Of a stretch of 54,775 nucleotides of DNA, positions 46,598-54,775 are shown one piece after another. Position numbers and translations under genes: made by a program. The notes below the pieces were generated by a model. That model was given only the letters and a program-made list of their open reading frames with translations, had not been told where the DNA came from and did no database searches. Origin of the DNA: an uncultured bacterium (lineage in GTDB: Bacteria > Omnitrophota > Omnitrophia > Omnitrophales > Aquincolibacteriaceae); NCBI GenBank assembly GCA_964482725.1, contig CAYZYT010000015.1, positions 1-54,775 on the forward strand, in the 5' to 3' direction. Every line of letters starts with the position of its first letter. Positions within the stretch are counted from its first letter, which is position 1.

Positions 46598-46672
46598 GGA
46601 ATAGGGTTCAGGGGATAGGGTATAGAAAAGCAAAAGAATTTCTAAACCCTAAACGCTATACCCTATACGCTA
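46595..46672. repeat. Inverted TAGGG heptamer element (empty), argB/argD
   Basis: TAGGGAA TAGGGTT CAGGGGA TAGGGTA TAG ... CTAAACC CTAAACG CTATACC CTATACG CTA; first TAG is the argB stop. Confidence 0.9.
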
Positions 46673-46678
46673 AAAAAT

Positions 46679-47890
46679 ATGAAAACAGCCGACGTTCAAA
46701 AATTATACGAACAATACGTGATGCCGACCTACACCCGGCTGCCGGTGTGCCTGGTCAAAGGGAAAGGCTCGCGTGTCTGGGACCTCGAGGGAAAAGTGTA
46801 CCTCGATTTTTTCCCAGGCTGGGCGGTTTCCGGCATCGGGCATTGTCATCCCATCGTGGTGAATGCGATCAAGGAACAGTCGCGGAAAATGCTCCACATC
46901 GCGAACAATTTCCTGAATGTGAAGCAGGCCGAGCTTGCAAAGACTCTTTCCGAAGCCTCGTTTCCCGCGAGGATCTTCTTCTGCAACAGCGGCGCCGAGG
47001 CGAACGAAGGCGCTATCAAATTCGCCAAGAAATATGGGAGTGAAACCGGACGTTTCGAGATCATCACCATGAAAAATTCTTTTCATGGGAGGACGCTCGC
47101 GGCGATGACTGCGACGGGACAGGAAAAATTCCATAAGGGATTCGAACCGCTCTTGGAAAAATTCCGCCATGCGGAGTTTAATGATCTGGAGTCGGTTAAA
47201 AAGCTTGTGACCGATAAAACGATTGCGATCATGCTGGAGCCGATCCAGGGAGAGGGAGGGGTCTCCGTGGCGAGCCGGGATTTCCTAGAAGGGCTCCGGA
47301 AGCTCTGCGATGAAAAAGATATGCTTCTGATCCTAGATGAAGTACAGACCGGCATGGGACGCACGGGGAAAATGTTCGCGTATCAGCATTATTCTCTGGA
47401 ACCGGATATTATGACGCTGGCCAAGACCTTGGGCGGGGGAGTTCCGATCGGAGCTTTTGTTGTGAGCCGGAAGATCAAGCGTGAAGTGCTCACCGCCGGG
47501 ATGCACGGGTCGACCTTTGGCGGAAACCCGCTTGTGTGCGCGGCGAGTCTTGCGGTCTTTAAGGCGATCAAAAAGGAAAAGCTGCTCACGAACACGATCC
47601 GGATGGGAGAGCTTCTCGAGCAGGAGTTTGAGAAGCTGAAAGCCAAATATCCCGTGATCGAAAGCACCCGGGGAGTGGGACTGATGCGGGGCCTGAAGCT
47701 CAAGGAACCGTCTGCGCCCTATGCGGATGAAGCGCGCGCGCAGGGGTTTCTTATCAATGCGACGCAGGGCGATATCCTGAGGATCATGCCGCCCATGACG
47801 GTTTCGGTCAAAGAGATCAAGCTTGGCATGAAGATCCTGGACAATGTTTTTGCCAAGGTCACGGCACAGGCCGCGAAGGCGACTTTATAA
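46679..47890 (+). CDS. argD: Acetylornithine aminotransferase
   Basis: NSGAEANE, SFHGRT, EPIQGEGG, DEVQTG, LAKTLGGG. Confidence 0.94.
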   Translation: MKTADVQKLYEQYVMPTYTRLPVCLVKGKGSRVWDLEGKVYLDFFPGWAVSGIGHCHPIVVNAIKEQSRKMLHIANNFLNVKQAELAKTLSEASFPARIFFCNSGAEANEGAIKFAKKYGSETGRFEIITMKNSFHGRTLAAMTATGQEKFHKGFEPLLEKFRHAEFNDLESVKKLVTDKTIAIMLEPIQGEGGVSVASRDFLEGLRKLCDEKDMLLILDEVQTGMGRTGKMFAYQHYSLEPDIMTLAKTLGGGVPIGAFVVSRKIKREVLTAGMHGSTFGGNPLVCAASLAVFKAIKKEKLLTNTIRMGELLEQEFEKLKAKYPVIESTRGVGLMRGLKLKEPSAPYADEARAQGFLINATQGDILRIMPPMTVSVKEIKLGMKILDNVFAKVTAQAAKATL

Positions 47891-47894
47891 TTTC

Positions 47895-47964
47895 GTCATT
47901 CTGATCCCGCCCGGAGGCGGGAGAAGAATCTCAAAACGGGATCCTTCGCCGCGCTCAGGATGAC
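47895..47964. repeat. GTCAT(T/C)CTGA-family palindromic element, argD/argF
   Basis: GTCATTCTGA-TCCCGCC..GGCGGGA-GAAGAATCT..GGATCCTTCG..CTCAGGATGAC. Confidence 0.85.
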
Positions 47965-47995
47965 GAGTTTGTAGTGAAAAAAAAGAAGGGTATCT

Positions 47996-48925
47996 ATGTT
48001 CAAATCATTGATCTCGATCAACGACCTTAGCTCCGAAGAGATACGGAACATTATGGCGCTGGCGGCCAAGGTTAAGGCGCGCCCGCAAGAAGTTCGGGAC
48101 GCGCTCGAAGGGCACATCTTTGGTTTTATTTTTGAGAAGCCCTCGACCCGGACTTGGGTTTCTTTTCAGGCCGGCATTTATTCCATGGGCGGCGGGGCGA
48201 TCTATCTCGGGCCTGAGGATATCAAACTGGGCGTTCGGGAAGAAGTGCGGGACGTGGCGCGTGTGCTTTCTCGCTATCTTTCGGGCGTGGTCATGCGGAC
48301 CTTTTCACACTGGACCATCACCGAGTTTCAGGATTATTTTGAGAAGCCCGTCATCAACGGCTTGAGCGATCTTGAGCACCCGTGTCAGGCGCTTGCCGAT
48401 TACATGACACTTTATGAAAAAATCCCGGCGGAACGTGACCCCGTACTGGCGTTTGTGGGAGACGGAAATAACGTCCTGCACTCCCTGATGCTCGTGGCCG
48501 CGAAACTGGGGGCGAAGATCCGGTACGCAACGCCCAAGCAATACCAGCCTAAGCCCAAGCTTCTCGCGCTGGCCAAGCAGATCGCGAAAAAGACAGGGGC
48601 CGTGATCGAAGGATTCTTGGATCCAGCGGAAGCCGTGAAGGACGCGGATGCGATCTACACGGATGTGTGGGTGAGTATGGGGGAAGAGGCCCTGCGGCAG
48701 AAAAAGCTCAAAGATTTCAAAGGCATGCAGGTCAATAAGGAACTCTTGAAGCATGCGAAAAAAGACGCTCTTGTGATGCACTGCCTTCCGGCGCACCGGG
48801 GCGAAGAGATCACCAATGACGTGATGGAGAGCAAGCATTGCGTCGTGTTTGACGAGGCCGAGAACCGGCTCCATATTCAGAAAGCCATTTTGCTTTATCT
48901 CTTTAACCCAGGGGCGATCCAGTAA
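47996..48925 (+). CDS. argF: Ornithine carbamoyltransferase
   Basis: STRT, HPCQ, TDVWVSMG, HCLPAHRG. Confidence 0.96.
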   Translation: MFKSLISINDLSSEEIRNIMALAAKVKARPQEVRDALEGHIFGFIFEKPSTRTWVSFQAGIYSMGGGAIYLGPEDIKLGVREEVRDVARVLSRYLSGVVMRTFSHWTITEFQDYFEKPVINGLSDLEHPCQALADYMTLYEKIPAERDPVLAFVGDGNNVLHSLMLVAAKLGAKIRYATPKQYQPKPKLLALAKQIAKKTGAVIEGFLDPAEAVKDADAIYTDVWVSMGEEALRQKKLKDFKGMQVNKELLKHAKKDALVMHCLPAHRGEEITNDVMESKHCVVFDEAENRLHIQKAILLYLFNPGAIQ

Positions 48926-48930
48926 AGCCC

Positions 48931-49070
48931 TCGGTAACGGGAACGGTTACGAAGCCAGTCACGGTGAGGGTGCCGTGACCAAATTTTTAAAAGACGCCAC
49001 CGCCTGCAAAGCGGCGGGGTCCCGCCCAAGGCGGGAAAACGGGCATCGTGGCCTTGGCCGTAACCGAATC
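48931..49070. repeat. Inverted hexamer-period repeat element with a nested palindrome, argF/argG
   Basis: CGGTAA CGGGAA CGGTTA CGAAGC CAGTCA CGGTGA ... CGTGGC CTTGGC CGTAAC CGAATC; loop holds TCCCGCC-CAA-GGCGGGA. Confidence 0.6.
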
Positions 49071-49088
49071 ATACGAAAGGGTGTTTTT

Positions 49089-50273
49089 ATGAAAAAGGTT
49101 GTTCTTGCGTACTCCGGGGGTCTCGATACCTCCTGCGCGGTGAAATGGCTCGGGGAGAACCACGGGTTGGATGTGATCTGTTTTTGCGCGTTTATCGGCG
49201 AGGTGAAAGACAAGGCGCCGCTCATCAAGCGGGCCGAGGCCGCGGGCGCGATCAAGACCTTTATCGTGGATCTTAAAGAAGAATTCGCGAAAGATTACAT
49301 TATGCCGGCGCTTTGGGCGCACGCGCGTTACGAAGGCAAGTACCCGCTTGCGACAGCGCTTGGCCGTCCGCTCATTGCGAAACATCTTGTGGCCGTCGCT
49401 CAAAAAGAAGGCGCAGAATTTGTGGCGCATGGCTGTACGGGGAAGGGGAACGATCAGGTGCGGCTTGAGGTGGGTGTGAGGACCCTCGATCCGGACCTCA
49501 AGATCATCGCGCCGCTTCGCGACTGGGAATTCAAAACGCGCGAAGAAGAGATCGAGTATGCCCTGGAACGGAAGATCCCGATCGACGTGACAAAGAAAAG
49601 CCCTTATTCCATCGATAAGAACATTTGGGGCATTGCGATCGAAGCGGGGATCCTGGAAGATCCCATGGTCGAGCCGCCGGAAGACGCCTATGTCATGACA
49701 TGCTCTCCGGGCAAGGCGCCGAAGAAGCCGTGTTATATCGAGATCTCTTTTGAGAAAGGCGTGCCGGTGAAATTGAACGGCACCCGGATGCCGCTGGTCG
49801 AGTTGATCGAAAAGTTGAACACGATCGCAGGCAAGTACGGCGTCGGACGCTTCGACATGATCGAGAACCGGCTTGTGGGGATCAAAAGCCGCGAGGTTTA
49901 TGAAGCCCCCGCCGCCGATGTGCTCCTCAAAGCGCATGAAGAGCTCGAAGGGTTCGTGATGGACCGGGAATTTCTCCATTATAAGAGACTGCTGACCGAG
50001 AAATATGCGGAGCTTGTGTATTTCGGGCTCTGGTTCTCACCGCTCAAAAGATCGCTGGATGCTTTTTTTGCGGCAAACCAAAATCGCGTGACGGGAAAGG
50101 TCCGGTTCAAACTGGACCGGGGTCACGCGATCTGCGTCGGCCGTGAATCCAAATATGCTCTTTATAAAGAAAAACTCGCCACGTATTCCAAGGGCGATCT
50201 GTTTGACCGGAAGGCTGCAACCGGATTCATGAAGATCTGGGGACTTCCGTACGAGGGAATGTATAAATCATAG
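49089..50273 (+). CDS. argG: Argininosuccinate synthase
   Basis: VLAYSGGLDTS, HGCTGKGNDQVR, GIKSREVYE. Confidence 0.97.
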   Translation: MKKVVLAYSGGLDTSCAVKWLGENHGLDVICFCAFIGEVKDKAPLIKRAEAAGAIKTFIVDLKEEFAKDYIMPALWAHARYEGKYPLATALGRPLIAKHLVAVAQKEGAEFVAHGCTGKGNDQVRLEVGVRTLDPDLKIIAPLRDWEFKTREEEIEYALERKIPIDVTKKSPYSIDKNIWGIAIEAGILEDPMVEPPEDAYVMTCSPGKAPKKPCYIEISFEKGVPVKLNGTRMPLVELIEKLNTIAGKYGVGRFDMIENRLVGIKSREVYEAPAADVLLKAHEELEGFVMDREFLHYKRLLTEKYAELVYFGLWFSPLKRSLDAFFAANQNRVTGKVRFKLDRGHAICVGRESKYALYKEKLATYSKGDLFDRKAATGFMKIWGLPYEGMYKS

Positions 50274-50338
50274 GGTATAGTGAGTAGGGTATAGCGGTTA
50301 GAAAAAACTATGCCCTATCCCCTAAACCCTAAACGCTA
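50271..50338. repeat. Inverted TAGGG heptamer element (empty), argG/argH
   Basis: TAGGGTA TAGTGAG TAGGGTA TAGCGGT TAG ... CTATGCC CTATCCC CTAAACC CTAAACG CTA; first TAG is the argG stop. Confidence 0.9.
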
Positions 50339-50348
50339 AGGTGAATTT

Positions 50349-51725
50349 ATGGCAAAACAACTGTGGGGCGGAAGGTTCAAGAAGGACATGCATCCGGCGC
50401 TTAAGTGTTTCAGCTACTCCCTGGCGACGGATAAAGAGCTTTTTGATGCAGAACTCCGCGTGAATACCGCATGGGCAAAGATGCTTGCGAAAACAGGGAT
50501 CATTGCCGGTGCGGAAGCCAAAGCCATCCTAAAAGGCCTTGAGGCCATCGGAAAAAAATTCGGCCCACAGGACCTGGCGGCCTATGCCTGCCAGTATGAA
50601 GACGTCCATACGCTCATTCAGATGGAACTTGAAAAAAAGGCCGGGGCCGTTGCAAAAAAACTGCACACGGGTCGGAGCCGGAATGACCTCGTGATCACCT
50701 CGACCCGCATTTATCTCCGGGAAAAGGTCGCGGAGATCTGGCTGGGGGTCAAAAAACTGCAAAAGGCGCTATTGACCACGGCGGAGAAAGCGGAAAGCCT
50801 TCTCATCCCCGGGATGACTCATTTGAGGAAAGCCCAGCCCGTGCTCCTCGCACATCACCTCTTGGCTTACGTCGAAATGCTGGAGGAGGACAACGCGCGT
50901 TTTGCGGATTCCATGAAGAGGATCAATATCCTGCCGCTCGGGGCCGCAGCCCTCGCGGGTTCTGCGCTCCCCTTGGACCAGAAATTCCTCGCGAAGGAAT
51001 TGGGTTTTTCCGGGATCGCCAAGAACAGTATGGCCGCGGTAAGCGACCGGGGATCTCTCGCGGAGATCTTGAGCGTGCTTTCTATCCTGTGGGTACATCT
51101 CTCCCGACTTTCGGAGGATTTCATCCTTTGGAACTCGGAAGCGTTTGGTTTCGTGGAACTTGATGACGCGTTCGCGACCGGTTCCAGCCTCATGCCGCAG
51201 AAAAAAAATCCGGACGTGTTCGAGCTTGTACGCGGCCGGGCCGGCGTGATCTTCGGGGCGCTTCAGGCCCTCCTCACCGTGCAAAAAGGCCTGCCGCTTT
51301 CCTATAACCGGGACCTCCAGGAAGACAAACCCGGGTTATTCGACGCCGTGAAAAAGACCACGATCGCCCTGGAGCTTTTGGCGCTTACCGTGGGTTCGGC
51401 GAGCTGGCACAAAAAAGCCATTTTGAGATCTTTGGACGATGACAGTCTTTTTGCGACCGACGTTCTGGAGTATCTTGTTCGGAAAAAAGTCCCATTCGCC
51501 GAAGCGCATCATCTGGTCGGGCAGACCGTGCGCCATGCGGTCGAATCCGAAAAGCGGCTTCGCGAGTGGTCCGTCCAGGAATGGCAGAAATTCTCGACCA
51601 AGTTCGGCGCGGACATCCATGATCTTTTTGATGCGAAAGAATCCGTAAGAGGTAAAAAGACGATCGGGAGTACGCATCCCGCGCGGGTGAAGCAAGTGAT
51701 CGCGGAGTGGAAAAAGGCGTTGTAG
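50349..51725 (+). CDS. argH: Argininosuccinate lyase
   Basis: LWGGRF, LHTGRSRND, GSSLMPQKKNPD, YNRDLQEDK. Confidence 0.96.
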   Translation: MAKQLWGGRFKKDMHPALKCFSYSLATDKELFDAELRVNTAWAKMLAKTGIIAGAEAKAILKGLEAIGKKFGPQDLAAYACQYEDVHTLIQMELEKKAGAVAKKLHTGRSRNDLVITSTRIYLREKVAEIWLGVKKLQKALLTTAEKAESLLIPGMTHLRKAQPVLLAHHLLAYVEMLEEDNARFADSMKRINILPLGAAALAGSALPLDQKFLAKELGFSGIAKNSMAAVSDRGSLAEILSVLSILWVHLSRLSEDFILWNSEAFGFVELDDAFATGSSLMPQKKNPDVFELVRGRAGVIFGALQALLTVQKGLPLSYNRDLQEDKPGLFDAVKKTTIALELLALTVGSASWHKKAILRSLDDDSLFATDVLEYLVRKKVPFAEAHHLVGQTVRHAVESEKRLREWSVQEWQKFSTKFGADIHDLFDAKESVRGKKTIGSTHPARVKQVIAEWKKAL

Positions 51726-51750
51726 GAAAAGAGCTGTGATTTTTCCCTTT

Positions 51751-51811
51751 GTCATCCCCGGATGCATGGATCGGGGATCCGGTGCTGGATTCCCGCTTTC
51801 GCGGGAATGAC
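51751..51811. repeat. Palindromic element of the 8037-8098 family, argH/lysA
   Basis: GTCATCCCCG..CGGGGATCC..TGGATTCCCGCTTTCGCGGGAATGAC. Confidence 0.85.
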
Positions 51812-51870
51812 AGATGTATTTTTAAAGAGGAGGTGCTAAGATGCCCCGGACTGATTTTCACGAAGAAAAG

Positions 51871-53118
51871 ATGCACGATTTTTACTACAAGAACGGCGAG
51901 CTTTACTGCGACAAGGCTCGCGTCAGCAAGATCCTGAAAAAGACCGGGACCCCGGCCTATATCTACAGCTACAAGACCTTCACCGAACACCTCTCCAAGC
52001 TTCAAAAGGCGTTTCGCTCGGTCAAGCCGCTTATCTGCTATTCCGTGAAAGCCAACTCCAATCTTGCGGTGCTTCGCACCCTTGTCAAAAAAGGCGCGGG
52101 CCTCGACATTGTTTCAGGCGGTGAGCTTTTCCGGGCCCGGAAAGTGAAATGCCAGGGGCGGAAGATCGTCTATGCCGGAGTCGGAAAGACGGCCGAGGAG
52201 ATCCGTGATGCGATCAAAGCTCGCATCCTTCTTTTTAATGTGGAATCCATACCCGAACTTGAGCAGATCAACACGATCGCCAAGAAGATGCGTAAAAAAG
52301 TGAACGTGTCGCTTCGGATCAATCCCAACGTGGATCCGCACACCCATGAATACATCACGACCGGCAAGGCCGAGACCAAGTTCGGCATCGATTTCGAAAA
52401 AGCCCGCGAGATCTTCAAGGATGCCCAACGTTTCACGCATGCCATCGTCTGCGGCGTTCATGTGCATATCGGCTCCCAGATCGAGACCGGAGATCCTTTT
52501 GTCGAGGCGTTCCAGAAGATCCTGGAATTTATCAACGAGATTGAAGAAACGGGAACTAAGATCAAATTCCTGAATTTGGGCGGGGGCTTGGGCGCGATCT
52601 ATAGCGACGAGAATCCTCAGACTGCGGAGGAATTCGCCAGGAAGATCCTTCCGATCTTCAGGAAAAGAAAGTGGCAGCTTATTTTCGAGCCCGGTCGTTT
52701 TATCGCGGCCAATAGCGGCATTCTTGCCACCCGGGTGATCTATGTCAAAGAAACCGACGTGAAGAAATTTGTGATCGTCGACGCCGGCATGAACGATTTT
52801 ATCCGGCCCGCTTTCTACAATGCATTTCACCATATCTGGTCTGTCGTAAAAAATGAAAAAGCGCACGGGTGGATCTATGATGTGGTCGGCCCGATCTGCG
52901 AAAGTGGGGATTTTTTCGCGAAGGACCGGGAGCTTCTGGAGATGCGGGCCGGTGATTTTCTCGCCATTATGACGACAGGAGCCTATGGTTTTACCATGGC
53001 CTCGAACTATAATTCCCGCCCTCGCGCCTGCGAGGTGATGGTCAAGGGCAGCCTCTTCAAAGTTGTTCGTAAACGCGAAACTTACCAAGATCTTATTCGT
53101 GGCGAACGCGCAGCCTAA
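51871..53118 (+). CDS. lysA: Diaminopimelate decarboxylase
   Basis: YSVKANSN, HVHIGSQI, LNLGGG, EPGRFI, GPICESGD, SNYNSRPR; start 51841 or 51871. Confidence 0.95.
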   Translation: MHDFYYKNGELYCDKARVSKILKKTGTPAYIYSYKTFTEHLSKLQKAFRSVKPLICYSVKANSNLAVLRTLVKKGAGLDIVSGGELFRARKVKCQGRKIVYAGVGKTAEEIRDAIKARILLFNVESIPELEQINTIAKKMRKKVNVSLRINPNVDPHTHEYITTGKAETKFGIDFEKAREIFKDAQRFTHAIVCGVHVHIGSQIETGDPFVEAFQKILEFINEIEETGTKIKFLNLGGGLGAIYSDENPQTAEEFARKILPIFRKRKWQLIFEPGRFIAANSGILATRVIYVKETDVKKFVIVDAGMNDFIRPAFYNAFHHIWSVVKNEKAHGWIYDVVGPICESGDFFAKDRELLEMRAGDFLAIMTTGAYGFTMASNYNSRPRACEVMVKGSLFKVVRKRETYQDLIRGERAA

Positions 53119-53163
53119 TTGATTTTTTGAAGCGAGGTCGTAACCCTCAGAAGGAGAACGCCA

Positions 53164-53861
53164 ATGTCTAAAAAAATTTTCCCCATGCTAGTTATTTCCG
53201 CCTTGGTACTAGTGCCTTCTGCTTATGCCGGGAAAGTGGAGTTGACGACTTACTATCCCGCGCCGGCCGGAGAATATAAAACATTAAGCACCTCAGAGGC
53301 CGCCTCATTTGCCTCAACGGCAGGGAGCGTTAATGTGGGATCAACCACGAATCATACGATTCTGGCCGTGGACAACACCCTGACACTGGCTCCGGTTACC
53401 GGCAATGCCGGCGCCCAAGCGGGCGGGACGGCGGGTTCCCTGCGCTATACATCAGACGCCGGCGGTAGCCTCCTTTATAAAAACAGTTCAGGTTGGCAGA
53501 GCTTGGGCGGGCTTGGGTGTCGGTAGGGGGCGGGTATATCGCTGGCGATCAAGAGGTGAATCTTGGAAGCGATTCGAACTTTATTATTTTGAATGGCATA
53601 GATAATCAAACAAATAATAATTTTGGAGGAGGTTATATTTATAAAGATGCGAGCGGCGTAAGAAAAGCGTATCTTTTTATGGGGGTGGCGATTAGTAATA
53701 CATTCACGCTAAGTTCGGCTTATCAATCCATCAATGTGGGCGACCACAGGCGGATGTCTGTCAAATTAGATAATAGTGATAATGTGTGGGTGTCCACTAA
53801 GCAGCAGACCGGCGGATTAGCATCTCAGTATGAGGCCATTCATTATTTCGAATGCAAGTAA
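53164..53861 (+). pseudogene. Secreted TYYPAP-motif protein split into two out-of-frame parts (53164-53526 and about 53514-53861)
   Basis: Signal peptide + ELTTYYPAP.GEY; WQSLGG followed 20 nt later, in another frame, by WVSVGGG and an AT-rich ORF ending ECK*. Confidence 0.6.
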
Positions 53862-54003
53862 TTTGTTGCTATCGGCAACTCGTTGACACGAGCCTCGACC
53901 GTGCAACATGTTTTCCCCAGGGTATCCCTTGATGTGAAAAATGTTTTGATGTAATATCCACGCCCTGTCCCCCTTAACTTAGAAGCTGGAGAAAAGAAAC
54001 AAA

Positions 54004-54775
54004 ATGAGCTCATTTAAATACCCGAAAGTGAAAGCCGTTATTCCGAAAACAAAAGTGAAATTCGGAGGCAAACTCCTTATCATCGGGTGCGGCGGCGTGT
54101 CGCAATGCACGGTGCCGCTCGTTCTGCGCCACTTTGATATGCCGGCCACGAAGGTCACGATCATGGATCCCATCGACAATCGCTCCCGGGTCAAAGACGC
54201 CCTCAAGCGCGGCGTACGCTATGTTTTCGATACGGTCACTCAATCCAATTACAAGAAGCTGCTCGCCAAGTATGTCGGTCCGGGAGATATGATCATCGAT
54301 CTCGCGTGGAACATCGGCTGCTGGGAGATCCTTGACTGGTGTCGCACGAACGAAGTGCTGTATGTGAACACTTCGGTCGAAGAGTGGGATCCTTACCGGG
54401 ACGAGAAACGCACGGACCCGAGGCTTTACACGCTTTACGCGCGGCAGATGATCCTCCGGGAAAAAATGGCCAGGTACTGGAAGGGCGTGAAAGGCACGAC
54501 CGCGGTCGTGGACCACGGCGCGAACCCGGGGCTCGTGTCGCATTTTACGAAAAAGGCGCTGATCGATATCACGGAAAAGATCCTCAAAGAAAAGCCTAAG
54601 GATCCGCGGCGTAACGCGCTTGAAACGGCGCTACTTGAGCGGAATTTTCCGAAGCTTGCTCAGCTCACGGGTGTGAAGGTCATCCATATCAGTGAACGCG
54701 ATCTGCAGATCACGGATGTCCCCAAGAAGATGAACGAATTCGTGAACACATGGTCGATCGAAGGTTTCTATGAAG
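54004..54775 (+). CDS. hss: Homospermidine synthase (partial, runs off the window end)
   Basis: Frame from ATG 54004: LLIIGCGGVSQC, VVDHGANPGLVSHF, EFVNTWSIEGFYE; absent from the ORF track because it has no stop. Confidence 0.9.
   Translation, partial: MSSFKYPKVKAVIPKTKVKFGGKLLIIGCGGVSQCTVPLVLRHFDMPATKVTIMDPIDNRSRVKDALKRGVRYVFDTVTQSNYKKLLAKYVGPGDMIIDLAWNIGCWEILDWCRTNEVLYVNTSVEEWDPYRDEKRTDPRLYTLYARQMILREKMARYWKGVKGTTAVVDHGANPGLVSHFTKKALIDITEKILKEKPKDPRRNALETALLERNFPKLAQLTGVKVIHISERDLQITDVPKKMNEFVNTWSIEGFYE

Noticed and set aside
48849-49088. 80-aa N-terminal extension of ArgG
   Set aside because: Overlaps argF and runs through the hexamer repeat; the canonical start MKKVVLAYSGG has its own RBS.
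28321-50338. TAGGG/CCCTA repeats as eukaryotic telomere contamination
   Set aside because: Arms are short, degenerate, inverted and integrated with bacterial stop and start codons in intact operons.

Overview
A 54.8-kb bacterial chromosomal window, mostly housekeeping. The TYYPAP-type secreted protein and the gene complement suggest Candidatus Omnitrophota (inference only). Left part: signalling genes (GAF histidine kinase, HTH-less LacI-type sensor, GAF-PP2C phosphatase, tandem receiver proteins, EAL and PilZ proteins) and an arsenic-resistance operon (DUF134-arsP-thioredoxin-arsF-like-arsG-like-acr3) with a 22-bp palindromic operator. Middle and right: AddA-like helicase/nuclease, trmI, spoIID, tRNA-Arg(CCG), queA-dinD-tgt-yajC-secDF-recJ, rpmB, glgA, leuB-asd-truA, rplM-rpsI, rnc, argCJBDFGH-lysA and a partial homospermidine synthase. 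The most striking unexplained structure is a family of inverted heptamer-repeat elements, (TAGGGNN)n ... (CTANNCC)n, at eight co-directional gene junctions. They often supply the upstream stop codon and abut the downstream start. Seven are empty; one (yajC/secDF) encloses a four-helix-bundle (23S rRNA IVP/Avd-like) gene, suggesting a mobile or RNA-level intervening-cassette system. Variants with other repeat units also occur. Several families of small palindromic elements are scattered through the window, and some are inserted in frame inside enzymes (PP2C, inositol monophosphatase family, deaminase, AddA, HtrA, and twice in QueA).
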